Source: the human T2T-CHM13v2.0 reference genome, Homo sapiens
NCBI RefSeq assembly: GCF_009914755.1
Contig: NC_060925.1
Strand: one strand, 5' to 3'
Length of the DNA stretch: 64,000 nucleotides
In this document: in pieces, positions 16,473 to 32,624 of the stretch
How positions within the stretch are numbered: position 1 is the stretch's first letter
How the letters are laid out: each line of letters opens with the position of its first letter
The notes under the pieces: model-generated
The model's database searches: none
Told to the model about the DNA's origin: nothing
What the model saw: only the letters and a program-made list of their open reading frames with translations
Position numbers and translations under genes: made by a program

Positions 16473-16789
16473 GTAAGTTTTCCAGGAGGTGTTCATCTAT
16501 TTGGATAGTAGTTCACTGAGCTATTATCAGGGACAGAAGAAGGAAATAAACATTTAATGAATATCTTCAGTGTCTAGGCACTGCATATTTAAAAGGATTT
16601 TATTCAATTATTTCTTACAGAGTTCTTTAAAGGAGATGGGATTTTCCTCATATTTTACAGATAAGGAAAAGCCTCTCATATACTATTTAAACTTCACAAG
16701 GTCAAATAGCTACAGAGTAGAAGGATTAGAATTTGAACTCAGGTCTGTCTGGTTCTAAGTTTCATGTCTATAAGAGTTCATTTGTTATA

Positions 16790-17270
16790 GTAATTCATTC
16801 ACACAACAAACTTTCACTCACCACCTGGGGTAAAGCAGTGATCAAAGCAGACAAAGACCCCTGGTTTCATAGAGCTTGCCTTTTTGTTGTGGGGTGTGGG
16901 GTGGTCACAGAGAAGAAGCAACCTAAGTAAATTACATCATGTGTTAGGAGGTGGTGAGTGCAGAGAAGAAAACAAAGTGGGGAAGGTGGAAAGGGGATGT
17001 GGAGTGGGATAATTTTGAATAGGGTGGTCAGGGAGGGGGGCTTTGCTGAGATGATAGTTAAGCAAGTATAAAAGGAGGTGAGGGAGCAGGTGCTGCACGA
17101 GTTTCCCCAACCTCCAGCCAGAAGACAAGCAAGGCCTGAGGCAGGCACCTGTCTGGTTTGTTTGGTGAGCAGTGAGAAGCCAATGGAGCCAGGAGAGGGG
17201 CAGCAACAGAGGGCAGAGGGGTGATGAGGCAGGTCACTGGGGACTTGCAGGCCTCTGCAGTATAGATAGC
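16790..17270 (-). mobile_element. L2 fragment
   Basis: tcattcacacaac..., gatcaaagcagacaaagaccc, agggtggtcagggagggg, gaggcagg...gtttg blocks typical of the L2 3' region. Confidence 0.6.
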
Positions 17271-18715
17271 CCTGTGGGATGGAGATTTAGTCTGCACTTA
17301 AACATATCTAAATAAAGCAAGTTTATCAGCCTCTAATTAATTGCCATTTGGGTCTTGTCTTAGACAGAAGTGTTCCCCTTTTCTGAGGACAGATTATCTC
17401 CTGAAACCAAGTTCTGACCAGAGTGGCCCTTCAGACTTCTGGTTCTAAGCCTTTCCTAACCATCTGGTTCATCCTGAATGCCTTGTACTTTTGTTAAAAA
17501 GCTGCCAGAATGGCATATCTACTGCTTATGACCTTGAAGGCCTGCATTTTTTTCAAAGAAACATCTACTGCTCTTGTATCTCTTAGAAAATGTATCTTTC
17601 TGGTGCCTCTAAAGATCCCCATTCCTAGCAAGTGACTAGACTAGCTGATCTGAATAGCTCAGGTCTCTAGATTAGTCCTCATTTGGTGTCCCCACTCCAT
17701 CCCCATTCCTATCACACATCCCTGGATCCCATTCCTTATGGGTAGTTCTGAAAAATAAGAGCTAGTTTGGGGACAAGCACCTAACAATTGTTCCTAGGTT
17801 GCCAGTCATTAGGCAACATTATAGTAAAGAAGGGCCTGGCAGAGACTAGAGCTGCTATATCGTGACTTGAGGGACTGGTGTTATTTTCATTTGTTTCACC
17901 CTCCTGTTGACATTTAATGTTACCCAAAATCAACTCAAACAAACAAAAACCCTGATGCAGTAACCTTATCCCTAACAGTAGCACTGCTGAGTGGGAAAGA
18001 CACTGGGGAAGGCGGCCTTCTCACATGCTGTCTTCTGTGTTCTCTCCTTGCTTATTTTAACCAAGGAAGTCACCCCAGCATGACAGCCAAAGGGATGGAT
18101 TTTTCATCTAAGTTTTTATTCTCTCTTCTCAAGGACATTGGGAACAGGGAGACTTTTCCCTCGAAGACCATGTATTCTGGGAGAAGCGCTCCCCTTCTTT
18201 CTAGTGGAGCTACACCCCCAGTGTAGCCTGCAGAACCACCTGAGCCCAGCCCTGCCAGTGACTGACTTCACATAGAACAGCAGCTGAGTCTTCAGTCAAT
18301 CTCATGCTCAGAGGCCCATTTGAGAAAACGGCATTTCCCCTAGTCCTGACTTTGGGGCAGTTCTCTTTTCTGGCCTGCCCTGAGACCGGCTGGCCCACAT
18401 GTCCTTCTCTTGAGCTCTGACACAAGTTCCCCAAGATGCCCAGGGCAAGTGGGGGGATTCCTTCTATCCCACCTGTCTAGGAGAAGGCCAATACTCATCT
18501 CCCAGGTCCACAAGCCAAGCCATTCATAGAAGAATCACAGATATTTTATTTTCCCGCTGAAACTAACTTAATTCTACCTAATTTGCGTGGGGAGTAGTTG
18601 GCCAAATCATCAAATTGTTAACTTTTTGCTAACATATTGTGTAATCAACCCTAGGTGTTAAAAAAGGTTTGCTTGTTTCTTTCATGCAAATACTAATGTA
18701 GCCCTTTTTTCTTAG

Positions 18716-18788
18716 CGTATAGCTTCTGGCCTGGGCTTGGCCTGGATTGTTGGACGAGTTCTTTATGCTTATGGCTATTACACGGGAG
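18716..18788 (+). CDS. MGST3: MGST3 coding exon 4
   Basis: ttcttAG|CGT ATA...; encodes [24 protein letters not shown]; donor G|gttagt. Confidence 0.97.
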
Positions 18789-18845
18789 GTTAGTATATAT
18801 TGACATTTGCCAAGGAAACAACTTTAAAATTTTAAATCCTATGCT

Positions 18846-19140
18846 GGCCAGGCACAGTGGCTTACACCTGTAATCCCAGCACTTTGGGAGGCGAAGGCAG
18901 GCAGATTGCTTGAGCTCAGGAGTTGGATACCAGCCTGGGCAACATGGTGAAACCCTGTCTCTACAAAAAATACAAAAATTAGCCGGATGTGGTGGTGCAC
19001 ACCTGTAGTCCCAGCTACTTGGGAGGCTGAGGCGGGAGGATTGCTTCAGCCCAGAAGTTTCAGGCTGCTGTGAACCATGATTACACTACTACACTCCAGC
19101 CTGGGAGACAGAGCAAGATCCTATCTCAAAAAAAAATAAA
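18846..19140 (+). mobile_element. Alu (AluJ-like)
   Basis: Dimeric Alu with TSD aaatc(c/t)tatgct. Confidence 0.9.
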
Positions 19141-19254
19141 ATCTTATGCTACTATATTTTTTTTCTTGGGAATTTGAGAAAAGGGGAAGTCACCTGATAT
19201 TTAGGTGAAAGGTCTGTTTTCTTTTTATTAATCTTTCAATTGTAACGAAACTTA

Positions 19255-19470
19255 TTTTTATTGAGCATTTTCTATGTGCCAACCACTACTCTAAGAACTT
19301 TGCATATGTTATTTAACCTTACAACAATTCTGTAATACAGATATTATTGCATTTTACAAATTAGGAAACTGGGACTCAGCATGATTAAAGCTGTAGGTCA
19401 CAGAGCTACTAAGCGTAAACTAGTAAACTAGGAATCAAACCCATGCAGTCCGACTCCAGAGCCTCACCAT
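19255..19470 (-). mobile_element. MIR
   Basis: tttattgagcattttctatgtgccaa...attttacaaattaggaaactggg...gactccagagcc. Confidence 0.7.
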
Positions 19471-19804
19471 TACTATACCTCCTATATCTGAGTAAGGAGG
19501 AGGAAAAGCCATTTTTAGCTGTACTTCTTTGAAACAGAGGGAACTCCTTCCAAAGGTCCTAGAGCAAAGTTGCTGTAATTATTATCCCATAATTTTCTAA
19601 GATCCAAGCAATACTACTGTGGCACGTTACTTGGCATGTGGTATCTGACTTGCCAACAGCTTCAGGCTAAAGAGTTAGTTAACCTCCTAAGGCCAGTTTG
19701 TCTAATGTACAACCTCAGATGCGATGATAGAATGGCTTGCGAATGTTGAAAGCATCATAATTCTGGAGCACTCCTGGTAACTTCTGTTCTTTCTTCTTTT
19801 TCAG

Positions 19805-19941
19805 AACCCAGCAAGCGTAGTCGAGGAGCCCTGGGGTCCATCGCCCTCCTGGGCTTGGTGGGCACAACTGTGTGCTCTGCTTTCCAGCATCTTGGTTGGG
19901 TTAAAAGTGGCTTGGGCAGTGGACCCAAATGCTGCCATTAA
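19805..19941 (+). CDS. MGST3: MGST3 last coding exon (stop TAA 19939-19941); total CDS 459 nt = 152 aa
   Basis: tttcAG|AA CCC AGC...; encodes EPSKRSRGALGSIALLGLVGTTVCSAFQHLGWVKSGLGSGPKCCH*; exon lengths 117+74+58+73+137=459. Confidence 0.97.
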
Positions 19942-20020
19942 AGAATTATAGGGGTTTAAAAACTCTCATTCATTTTAAATGACTTACCTTTATTTCCAGT
20001 TACATTTTTTTTCTAAATAT

Positions 20021-20026
20021 AATAAA
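20021..20026 (+). terminator. MGST3: MGST3 proximal polyadenylation signal AATAAA
   Basis: AATAAA 80 nt after the stop codon. Confidence 0.7.
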
Positions 20027-20308
20027 AACTTACCTGGCATCAGCCTCATACCTAAAACTCCTGACTCTTACCACTCATTTCCGTTTGAGTCTGTATCTGA
20101 AATCAGTAGCCTAGTCCTACTAGATGAGAAAGGAGCCACAAGTATTGTGCCCTCTCCTCACCCTTCCAGCAGATGCTTCTGTAGTATGTGAGGTTGAGAA
20201 AAAGTCTGATTGTGGTGATGTAGGTATAGTCATGCCACAGTGATGAAAAATTAAAGAAAAATCTTCTAGCTCTCAGGATATGCATTATCACTTGCTACAG
20301 ATACTCCA

Positions 20309-20557
20309 AGGCCAAAGGAATGCTTGAGCCTAAAAGTTCAAGACCAGCCTGGGCAACATAGCAAAACCCCATCTCTACAAAAAAATATACAACAGTTAGC
20401 CAGGCATGATGGCACATGTCTGCAGTCCCAGCTACTTGGGAGGCTAAGGTGGGAGGATCACTTGAGCCCAGGGTGTCAAGGCTGCAGTGAGTTATGATCA
20501 CACTGCTGCACTCCAGCGTGGGTGACAGAGCAAGACCCTGTCTCAAATAAATAAAAA
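20309..20557 (+). mobile_element. Alu (5'-truncated, AluJ-like)
   Basis: Alu body with A-rich tail. Confidence 0.85.
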
Positions 20558-21491
20558 TTAAGTTTCTATTAAAGATTGTTTCTGTTGCTTAAAAACTGAA
20601 GCAATAGACTAAATGTAAGATGAAGGTTAACAGAGATGAATGTAACTTGCTACATTTAGAAACAAAGATCTGATTGCCTACGTACAAATGAGGAAGACTT
20701 AGAAGATTTCAGTTGGTTTAGAGAACACTGCCAAGTTGGCAGAATGAGATAGTTACTCCAAAACACTGATGTGGCCATAAACTACCTTAATAGGAAATAT
20801 AGTGTCTAGACCTGCGCTGCCCAATTGGCCACATGTGGCCATCTAAATTTAAATTAATTTAAATAAAAAAGCAGTTCTTCAGTTGCACTACCCATTTTTC
20901 AAATGCTCAATAGCCTGTGAGGATGAGAGACAGTATTTGAACCCAGTCCTGACTCTAAAATCCATGCATTTTCCATTGTACCAGTTTATTGCTTAAGCTC
21001 CGAAGATGAAGCATTTAAGGATAGAATGCCATGGCCAGCCATTGAAGATGGTCAGCCTTGGCCAAATGGCCACCTGGAGCCCTTGGGGCATTTGATGAGG
21101 AGGCTGGACCAGTTTAGCACACACTCCAGTGTTAGTTCATGAGAAAGTTTCACCAGTGGAGAGCAAAATAAGGAAAATGAGGGACTGTTTTTCATAAAGC
21201 TTTGACTTGTACTTTTTACATTAAAATGTTCTTTATGAAATGATGGTGACGATGAATGGTAGGGATTTTTGGTCCTGGCTTGAAAAAATGATATAATTGA
21301 GAATTTACAATAAGACAGGGTTTTGGTTTTTGCTTCATAAGAAACACATCTAGAGAGGCCAGAGAACTTGCCGAGGTTTCCTTTCTCACTGCAGAGAACA
21401 GCAGGCATCAGTGAAGCAGGGCAGGGAAGACCTGGAGATGAAGCTGGCTTTTCACCTTTAAAAGTCTTAACAGGGTGTACTTTTCAAACTA

Positions 21492-22159
21492 CAGATGGTC
21501 CCCAACTTATGACAGTTCAACTTAACAATTTTTCAACATTACGATGGTGCAAAAGCAAGACTCAGGCTGGGCATGGTGGCTCATGGCTGTAATCCCAGCT
21601 CTTTGGGAGGCTGAGGCGGGCAGATCACCTGAGGTCAGGAGTTCGAGACTAACCTGGCCAAAATGATGAAACCCCATCTCTACTAAAGATACAAAAATTA
21701 GCTGGGTATGGTGGTGCATGCCTGTAATCCCAGCTACTTGGGAGGCTGAGTCAGGGGAATCGCTTGAACCCAGGAGGCGGAACATGTAGTGAGCCGAGAT
21801 CACACCACTGCACTCCAGTGTGAGTGACAGAGCAAGACTGTCTCAAAAAAAAAAAAAAAAAAAAGCAATATTCATTCAGTAGAAATCGTACTTTGAGTAC
21901 CAATACAATCATTCTGTTTTTGACTTTCAGTATTCAATAAGTCATATGAGATATTCAACACTTCATTATAAAAGAGGCTTTGTGTCAGATGGTTTTGCTC
22001 AACTGTCGGCTAATGTAAGTGTTCGGAGCATGTTTAAGGTCACTAGGCTAAGCTATGATGTTCAGTAGGTTAGGTGTATGAAATGCAATTTCAACTTACA
22101 ATATTTTCAACGTGTGCTGGGTTTCTCAGGATGTAGCCCCATCATAAGTTGAGCATCCG
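21492..22159 (-). mobile_element. MER47A-like (Tigger family) DNA transposon interrupted by an Alu (~21565-21863, +)
   Basis: TA flanks; cagatggtccccaactta...aagttgagcatccg termini; Alu TSD aaaagcaa. Confidence 0.8.
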
Positions 22160-22939
22160 TAATGTGATCCCAGTTTGTCATTTTGCTATTGCGCACTGGG
22201 TTCAGATGGAGTTTTGTAAGGAAGCTCGGTACATAAAGGGCGCTGTGGTTGAAGTGCAGAACCGAGAGCTCTGCCTTTCAGTGCCCTACTTCCCCACTCA
22301 CTGCACTTCCAGGGAACCCTAGGGCTTGGCAGAATCCAGTTGGTAAAGACTGCTTAGAGAATAACTCTTACAAGCTAGTCCCTTGTCTTGTGGAGAAAAA
22401 CTTGGCATAAGTATTTCTACCATTAACTATTTAATACTAATCTGTTGGCAGTGTACATTCCAAAGAGTCCATTTATTTGTATAAGGGAAACACATTCTGA
22501 ATTTTGCTAGATGAAAATCAGACAGCCATACCAGCCTATAAATGCCTAATTGATCCATAGTGAACCTTAAGTATTCCCACCTTCAGGTGCCTGTGTGCCC
22601 TTGGGCAAGCTTATTAGCCTCCCTAAGCCTCAGCTTACACAGCTGTAAGTTGGGAATATGAAAATACTTTTATCATATAAAGTTCATGAGGATCAAACAA
22701 TAATGCATGCACAGTGCCTACCAGGGGTCTTGTAGCCACACAAATTGTGGTAGGAAGCACGAGAGCCAACTGCTGATGTAGCTTGTTCAGCAAAAGTCAG
22801 CAACCGGGTTATCTTCTTTATGTTCTAAGGACCCACAGAGTTTGCCCAGCTTTCTATTTCATCCCTAATAGCACTCGCCTCCAAAGGTGCTCTCCTAACT
22901 TAATAAAAAACTGAGTAGTCTCAGTTCCTTCCCTCTTAA

Positions 22940-23125
22940 GCAGCACTATCCAACAGAACCTTCTGACATGATGGAAATATTCTGTCTGCACTGTCCAATA
23001 AAGTATAACCCCTACCCATGTGTGGCTGAGCTGAATGTGGCTACAGCAACTGATGAGTTGAATTTTTAATTAATTTAAATGTAAGTATATACATATGGCT
23101 AAGGCTACTATACTTGGATAGCACA
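22940..23125. mobile_element. MER3-like hAT-Charlie element
   Basis: cagcactatccaacagaaccttctg..atgatggaaatattct...tggatagcacag. Confidence 0.65.
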
Positions 23126-23135
23126 GCTCTTAAAG

Positions 23136-23720
<585 letters not shown>

Positions 23721-23721
23721 T

Positions 23722-23982
23722 GTTTTTGGAGACAAGGTCTCACCCTGTTGCCCAAGCTGAGTGCAGTGGCATGATCCTAGCTCACTACAACTCAAACTCC
23801 TGGGCTCAAGTGTTCCTCCTGCCTCAGCCTCCCGAGTAGCTGGGACTACACATGGGCCGCCACACTCCTTTTTTTTTATTTGTAGAGATGGGGTCTTACT
23901 ATGTTGCCCAGGCTGGTCTCAAACTCCTAGCCTCAAGCAATTCTCCCACCTTGGCCTCCCAAACTGCTGAGATTATAGGTGT
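23722..23982 (-). mobile_element. Alu (AluJ-like)
   Basis: Antisense Alu body. Confidence 0.85.
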
Positions 23983-24332
23983 GGGCCCTAAATGTCCTTT
24001 AAGTGTTCTTCTAAGAGGGAGGCAAAGGGAAGTTTGACTACACAGAGAAGAAGGCAGCAGGGCAGGGAGAGATTCTGAAGATGCTAAGCTGCTGGCATCT
24101 AAGAGGAAGGGGACACGAGCGAAAGAATGCAAGGAATGCCGCTCTAGAAGCTGGAAAAGGATTCTCTCCTACAGCCTCTTCAAGGAGTGTGGCCCTGACA
24201 ACTTCTTGGTTTTGGCCAAGTGAAACCATTTTGGGACTTCTGACTTCCAGAACTGTAAGATAATAAGTTTGTGTTGTTTTAAGCTGCTAAGTTGGTGGTA
24301 ATTTGTTACAGCAAGCATAGGAAACTAATATA
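23983..24332 (+). mobile_element. MLT1-family MaLR LTR
   Basis: ctagaagctggaaaagg..., cttccagaactgtaagataataagtttgtgttgttttaagc...tttgttacagcaagcataggaaactaata. Confidence 0.8.
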
Positions 24333-24434
24333 CTGGGTTCAGTTCTAGGAAACAGAGAGGGTAGCAGAAAGCACAGGAATTGGAGACTCACACCTGGCTT
24401 GAAGTTGCCAGTCAACTTATAGACTTGCTGATGT

Positions 24435-25710
<1,276 letters not shown>

Positions 25711-25862
25711 CCTGGGACCAAGATGTCTCCAAATCTGTTTCTTCATTTGAAAATCAGAGATAATCCCTTTCTTAGGCTTAGTGTATTAAATGAGAAGGAA
25801 TGTAGCAGTAGGAACAGTGAGTACTTAAATGTTGCTTCCCTTTCCCCTGCTGTTTTCTCTTG

Positions 25863-26094
25863 CAGAGGTGTCCAATCGTTTGGCTTCCCTGGGCCACACT
25901 GGAAGAAGAAGAATTGTCTTGGGCCACACATAAAATACACTAACATTAACGACAGTCGATGAGCTAAAAGAAAAAAATATTGCCAAAAAAAAAAAAAACC
26001 CACGTTTTAAGAAAGTTTACAAATTTGTGTTTGGCTGCATTCAAAGCTGTCCTGGGCTGCATATGGACTGTGGGCTGCGGATTGGACAAGCTTG
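25863..26094 (+). mobile_element. MER30 hAT-Charlie element
   Basis: cagaggtgtccaatcgtttggcttccctgggccacactggaagaagaagaattgtcttgggccacac...ttggacaagcttg matches the recalled MER30 consensus end to end. Confidence 0.88.
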
Positions 26095-26669
26095 CTTTAG
26101 AGGGACTATCAGAAACTTATCTTCTCCCAGGCAGCTCCTACTGCTTAAGGTGCATAGGATCCCCTTGGACACAGGGTAACGCTATTGGCTTTGTCCAGTA
26201 TCACATATGTGTCCTCTGTGCAAAGAAATACCAAGAAAGGCTGATTTGGTTGTTCTTATGCTCTAAAACTACAGTACTTGCTCATCATAATACATAATTA
26301 GATCCAGGCCCAGTGACAACAAACATCCCTTATCTCTGACTACTAAATTAGCTATGATTTATAAACTCTTCTCCTGAAAGGAAGAGAAGGAGGCAGAGTG
26401 AGGCATGACTGCAATAGTCTGAAAAGCCACAGTGACCTGACAACTCTTCAGGGACAGGCACTGCTTATCCGGGTGAGAATGAACATGGAGCCTAAATGCT
26501 TACCTGGACCATAAAGTTCATCACTGCAACCAAACCTGTTCTTTTGTTCTTACTACAAGATCAAATCCCCCTGCTTTGTGCTTCTAACATCAGCCCTATC
26601 CTCTGTCCTCCCATAACCTCAAGATACGTTTAGTTTCAAAACACGATAGGAAAACAATTAACAGTGTGA

Positions 26670-26675
26670 TTTATT
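26670..26675 (-). terminator. ALDH9A1: ALDH9A1 polyadenylation signal (AATAAA on -, with an adjacent ATTAAA)
   Basis: tttatt on +, about 810 nt downstream of the stop codon. Confidence 0.7.
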
Positions 26676-27023
26676 TTAATTTCACCATATTACATTAGCA
26701 TACAAATAATTTGTACATTTAAAGGGTAGCTCCACTGGTGTAAGACAGCAGGCTGTAGTTCAAGGACCCAAGATAGGGAGATAGATTTCCTCTATCGCAG
26801 TAGTGAACAGAGACAAAGTGCTTACTAGGCAAGTTCACATTCACACAGAATTTGACCCCATCTATTATCTAATCCCCTCCCTATCCCAGTTGTCAGCTTT
26901 CTCAATGGAATGACAAGGGGATATAGCTTAAAAAAATGTCAATGAGCTGAAATCATCTCTACTGATTCTACCAGGAACCTATAAAGGAACAAGGTTTTTT
27001 TTTGTTTTTTGTTTTTTTTCTTC

Positions 27024-27124
27024 AAGACTAGGCAAGTGAAGCAGTGGGAATGGAGAAGGAACAAAGAAATCTACAAACTGGTTGTGATCAATTAGTTGTA
27101 AATACCACTGCACTTGGATCAGCC
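27024..27124 (-). pseudogene. Y3 RNA (RNY3) retropseudogene inside the ALDH9A1 3'UTR, with A tail (~26995-27020)
   Basis: - strand reads GGCTGATCCAAGTGCAGTGGTATTTACAACTAATTGATCACAACCAG...CCCACTGCTTCACTTGCCTAGTCTT, matching hY3; flanking direct repeat aggaacaag at 26985-26993 and 27125-27133. Confidence 0.93.
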
Positions 27125-27486
27125 AGGAACAAGTTCTTTGAAATACGCCAGAGAATTAACATTATCAGTGGGCCAAATGTGTGGAAGATGTATTATCCTA
27201 GTCTCTTTTCCTGTTCTCTAGAAGTATGTTACTGGCTCTTAAAAGATTTCACAAAAATACGCTTTGAGGAGAATCACAGCTTTCTTGATTAGTATCTACA
27301 AGGCACTTAATGCACATTTTCAGTGAGGAAGCTGATGGAGAGAGAAAGAGTAACATGAACCATTCTCTTATACTGAACGCCAAAATTCTGGATGTAAAAT
27401 AACATTCAGTTGTACTGCCTCTGTAAACAGGGCCAATTCACATCATTCCACAGCGTGGCCATGTCAATAGGTTTCACTGCAGGTTT

Positions 27487-27600
<114 letters not shown>

Positions 27601-29425
27601 TCAGGTTGAGCCATCACTACAATAGTCTGAAAAGTCACAATGATCTTCAAAGATGAGCACTGCTAATCAGGGCTAGGGAAGAATATAGAACCTAAATGTT
27701 TTGGAATAAAGCCTCAATCCACATATTAGCTGTGAATGGAGCTAGGCATGGGGAAAATGACCCACTGGCATTTGGGGATAGGGATAGGGAAATATACAGA
27801 TCTTGTTTCTCACCAATAGGAATCTTAATTTCAGGTATCTACTATTCTGGGTTGAGGTCTGAAAAATGCTTGGATTTTATATCAAGTGTTAAAGGCAATC
27901 TCTACAATAATCAACCTGACACCCTTGAAAGCTGATGCTAATTTAAAACTTTACACAATAGGCTTATTCACCATTTCTTAAACACCTATAAGAGCAACCT
28001 AGTAACTTAACCTACCCACTCATGTTGGTGAGGGGTCACTGAAGGTCCCTCTGATTACTCAGAGTTCAAGACACTGCCCAATTACTAGTGGGTGAGGTTA
28101 CTGTGCTAAAAGGGTAGTATCCCACCCTTGGCCCTGCCTGTACACCCTGTGCTAGACTTAGGTAGGCTCTGCCTTCCAAGGGCAAGGCCGAGGTCCCAAA
28201 TATGTGCATTTCCAGGGAGCACCACTCAAATGGTATCACACACAAAGGTCCTGGGAAAACCTCACTCTGTCTTTTGTTCCTTTCCAAATCCCCTAAGCAC
28301 ACAGCTGGTCAGGCCTGTTAGGCCAGGTGTTGCTCTGCACGTCTGGCCATCTTTCTCGCTCTCTCATTCCACATAGCATGGTCTGGTCCAAAGGAAAGGG
28401 AAAGTTAGGAGGCCCTCCAAAGGCCTAAGCTGCTGATTCCAAACAAATAATTCCCTGCACTGAGGGACTATCAGAAACTTAACATGTAATGTTATATGTT
28501 ACATGTTAATAAGATGGCACCTTGGTTCCCACCTGCACTTGTGTCTGTGTGTACGACTCCTCTGAGTACCCCACCGGGACAAATAAGACTGTCAAATTAA
28601 CACCCACCATCTCATCAGTGTTCATCAGAGTTTATATATTTGCCAACACTGTGATGGCTGTAAATATTTGCCACAGAAACTAGAGGTCAGACTCTTAGAA
28701 TGGTGCCTCGACAAAGTCCAAACCAATTTTCACTCTAGAAGAACAGCATGAGAAATATGTAAATGAATATTTACAGGCAACAAACTCCAAAGAAAGAACC
28801 TCAAGGTTCTGGCTATACTCCTGATGCCTCAAACCTTCTCCTGATATACCAGACTTACAAATTTATATGTTGTGGTAACATATGTCTGACTATAAAATGA
28901 ATGAAATGAATGAGCAGTGGCTAAGGAAACACACTCCTATATGCCATCAAGGGTAATGAAAACGATTATAATTGATTGCTTAATGATAAATTTAAAGATT
29001 TTGTTAATTTGACATAACAGAGGAAACAAAGTTACTGAGCTATTACTTGAAAGACACTTTACCTAAATGGAATCTAAAAACTCCACAGTGGATGATGATG
29101 GACATCCCTGATACAGAACCCCTAAGGGAGTGATTTTATGCTTACAGAAGTCACAGGCTGTGAAGAAAAAGTATTCTACCCACAAGATAAACCTTTTTGA
29201 GATATCTATCAGCAGTTCACAAGCCAGGCTATACATCAGAACCCTCCAGAAAGATTTAGGGAGTGTTGGGTAGGGGAAGATGCTTGACTTCCATTCCCAG
29301 AGACTGCTACAGTGGATCTGGGGAAGGACCAGGAACCTGTATTTCCCCAGGTAATTCAGATATGCAGACAGGTTTAGGAATACTGGTTTATAAGGTCTGA
29401 ATTACGACCTAGCTCTAGAGACCTA

Positions 29426-29593
<168 letters not shown>

Positions 29594-29779
29594 TTATTGA
29601 GAGTTTCTTAGGCTACTACTTTAACAGGAAAAGTTACACTGCCAGTTCTAGGGTTCTCAAATCTTACTAAATTCTCATTTCTTCAAAATGTTTTAAAATC
29701 TTTTATCATCCAGGCAAAACAGATATGGATTGGGTTTTATAGTCCCATGCACATGGTATCTTTAAAATAAGTAACAGCA

Positions 29780-30880
29780 ATAAGGGTACCAAAATTCAAT
29801 GGAGGAAAAACAGTCTTTTTAACAAATGGTGCTGAAACAAGTGGATATCTACATGCAAAAAATAAAGGTGGAGCCCTTTCTTACACCATACACAAAAATT
29901 AACTTAAACGCATCACAGACCTAAAAATGTCAGACTGAGAACTATAAAACTCTTTGAAGAAAACAGAGGAATAAATCTTCATGACCGTGGGTCAGGGAAA
30001 GATTTCTTAGACTATGACACCAAAAGTAACAGATAAAAAAAACAGAATTAGAATTGGTCAAAATTTAAAATTTTGTGCTACAAATAAGACTATCAAGAAA
30101 GTGAAAAGAAAACCCACAGAAATGCAAATAAAAACCACAATGAGATACTACTTCACACCCACAAGGATGGCTAAAACCAGAAGGACAGACAATAACAAGG
30201 GCTGGTGAGGATGTGGACAAATTAGAAACTTCATACGTTGTTCGGAGGAATGTAAAATGGTGCTGCGAATTTGGAAGAGTTTAGCAGTTCCTCAAAAAGT
30301 TAAACATAAAGTTACCATGTTACCCAGCAATTCACTACTAGATATACACCCAACAGAAACGAAAATATATGTCCACACAAAGGCCTGTACACATATGTTC
30401 ATAGCATCATTATTCATAATAGCCAAAAATGAAAACAACCCAAATGCCTGTAACAGATGAATGGACGAACAAAAAGTGGTACATATCCATACCACGGAAT
30501 ATTATTTGGGAATAAAGTACTGATAAATGCCACAACACAAATGAACCTTGAAAACATTATGCTAAGTGAAAGAAGCCAGTCACAAAAGAATATATACTGT
30601 ATGATTCCATTTATATAAAATGTTCAGAATGGGCAAATCCATGGAGATAGAAAGTAGTTTAGTGGATGCCAGGGGCTGGGGGTGGGGAGTGGGAATGAAG
30701 AGCAACAGTTAATGGGCACAAGGTTTCTTCTTGAGATGATGAAAGTGTCCTAAAAATAGATTATGGTGATGGTTGCACAACTCCATGAATAAACTAAAAC
30801 CACTGAATTGTACACTTTAAGTGGGTGAATTGTACAGTATGTGCATTATCCCAGTAAAGCTGGTAAGAAAAAAAGAATAG
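29780..30880 (+). mobile_element. L1MB-type 3' fragment
   Basis: aacaaatggtgctg..., aaaccacaatgagatac, tgctaagtgaaagaagccagtcacaaaag, gatggttgcacaact...tgaattgtacacttt. Confidence 0.8.
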
Positions 30881-31657
30881 CACATTGGAGTTACCCGCCT
30901 TTGTAACCGGACTTTGTCTGTACGAGGGTGGCAAAGTAAAGTAAGAGCACTTAACCTGCTCACTCCCCAAATCAAAAGAGCAGCTCCTCAATCTTTTCTT
31001 CGGAGCTCAAAGAGAAGCAATTACATCAGGTCCTCAAGTGAGACTTGGGCTTTCTTCCCAAGCTCTTGACCATGAAGTTATAAAAAAAAAAATGTGAACT
31101 TTATGTATCACCAAAGAAACAGCATAATCCCAAGTGTAAAGCCGCTTTAGCAAACTGCCTTCCACTGCCAAAGACTAATCAAAGTTTGTATAAAACCAAG
31201 CAATCTGCAATTGGTTTCAAAGAAATTGTACTCCCAAATCATTTTTACTTGTAATAGTAAAGTTTATGCACAAAGATATTAATCATATTACTATAATATT
31301 TAAAATAGAAACAATATCCCAAATATCCAACCACAGAAAAAATGGCTACATGAGTTATAATGCATTCCAATTAGGAACTACTATAATGCCACTAAAAATC
31401 ATGTTTTTGAAGAATACTGCCCACAATTTATATACTTACAGGTTTCTAAATTCCTTGACATGTGTGTTTTCAAAAGACATCTAACCCAATGCTTTACATA
31501 GATCAGAATCTTAAGTGTTTATTAAACGAGCTCAATTTAAAACTCAATAGCAGGGTTCTCTGGCCATTTACAGCAAACTGCAAAATGCTGCTTTGGTGTC
31601 TTCTGACTTAACCTGAAGCAAACAGAAAGTGCTGATGGCTCCTATGAGGGCAAACTA

Positions 31658-32070
<413 letters not shown>

Positions 32071-32624
32071 CAATATTTTTAATTTAACAATGTATTGTAA
32101 GCTTTTCCTATTTATTAAATATTCATGTAATAACTGCAACCTAATTCATGGGGGATGGACATTAGGTTTTCAGCTTTTAAATGTCAATGGTTCTTTCTAG
32201 TGAGGATTAAAGGTTATATACTGCATCAAATATGAAGTTGTTAAAAACTGACACCACTATTAACCTTAGGGGCAAAAACCAGCTTAATTTATCTCCAAAT
32301 AAGATGTAAGGAATTATACAACATGGTTCAACCTACATATAATTGTTTAAAGCCTACAAAACTATCAACATTTTTGTAGGGGATACTAACATACACTATA
32401 AAATGATAGAGAAAAGCATAAGAATGATAAAAACAACACTGAGAATAGTAGTTACCTCTGAAGTAGGAGGGAAGTAGATGGGTGGGAGTAGGATGCCCAT
32501 ATACACCTTGACTGTCAAAACTAGATTTTTAAGACTGAATGGAGGTGCTAAAAATTATTAAATTATGTAATTTCTAAAAAGATTAGTATATTATCTGACA
32601 TACTGGTTTTATTATATTGATGAC

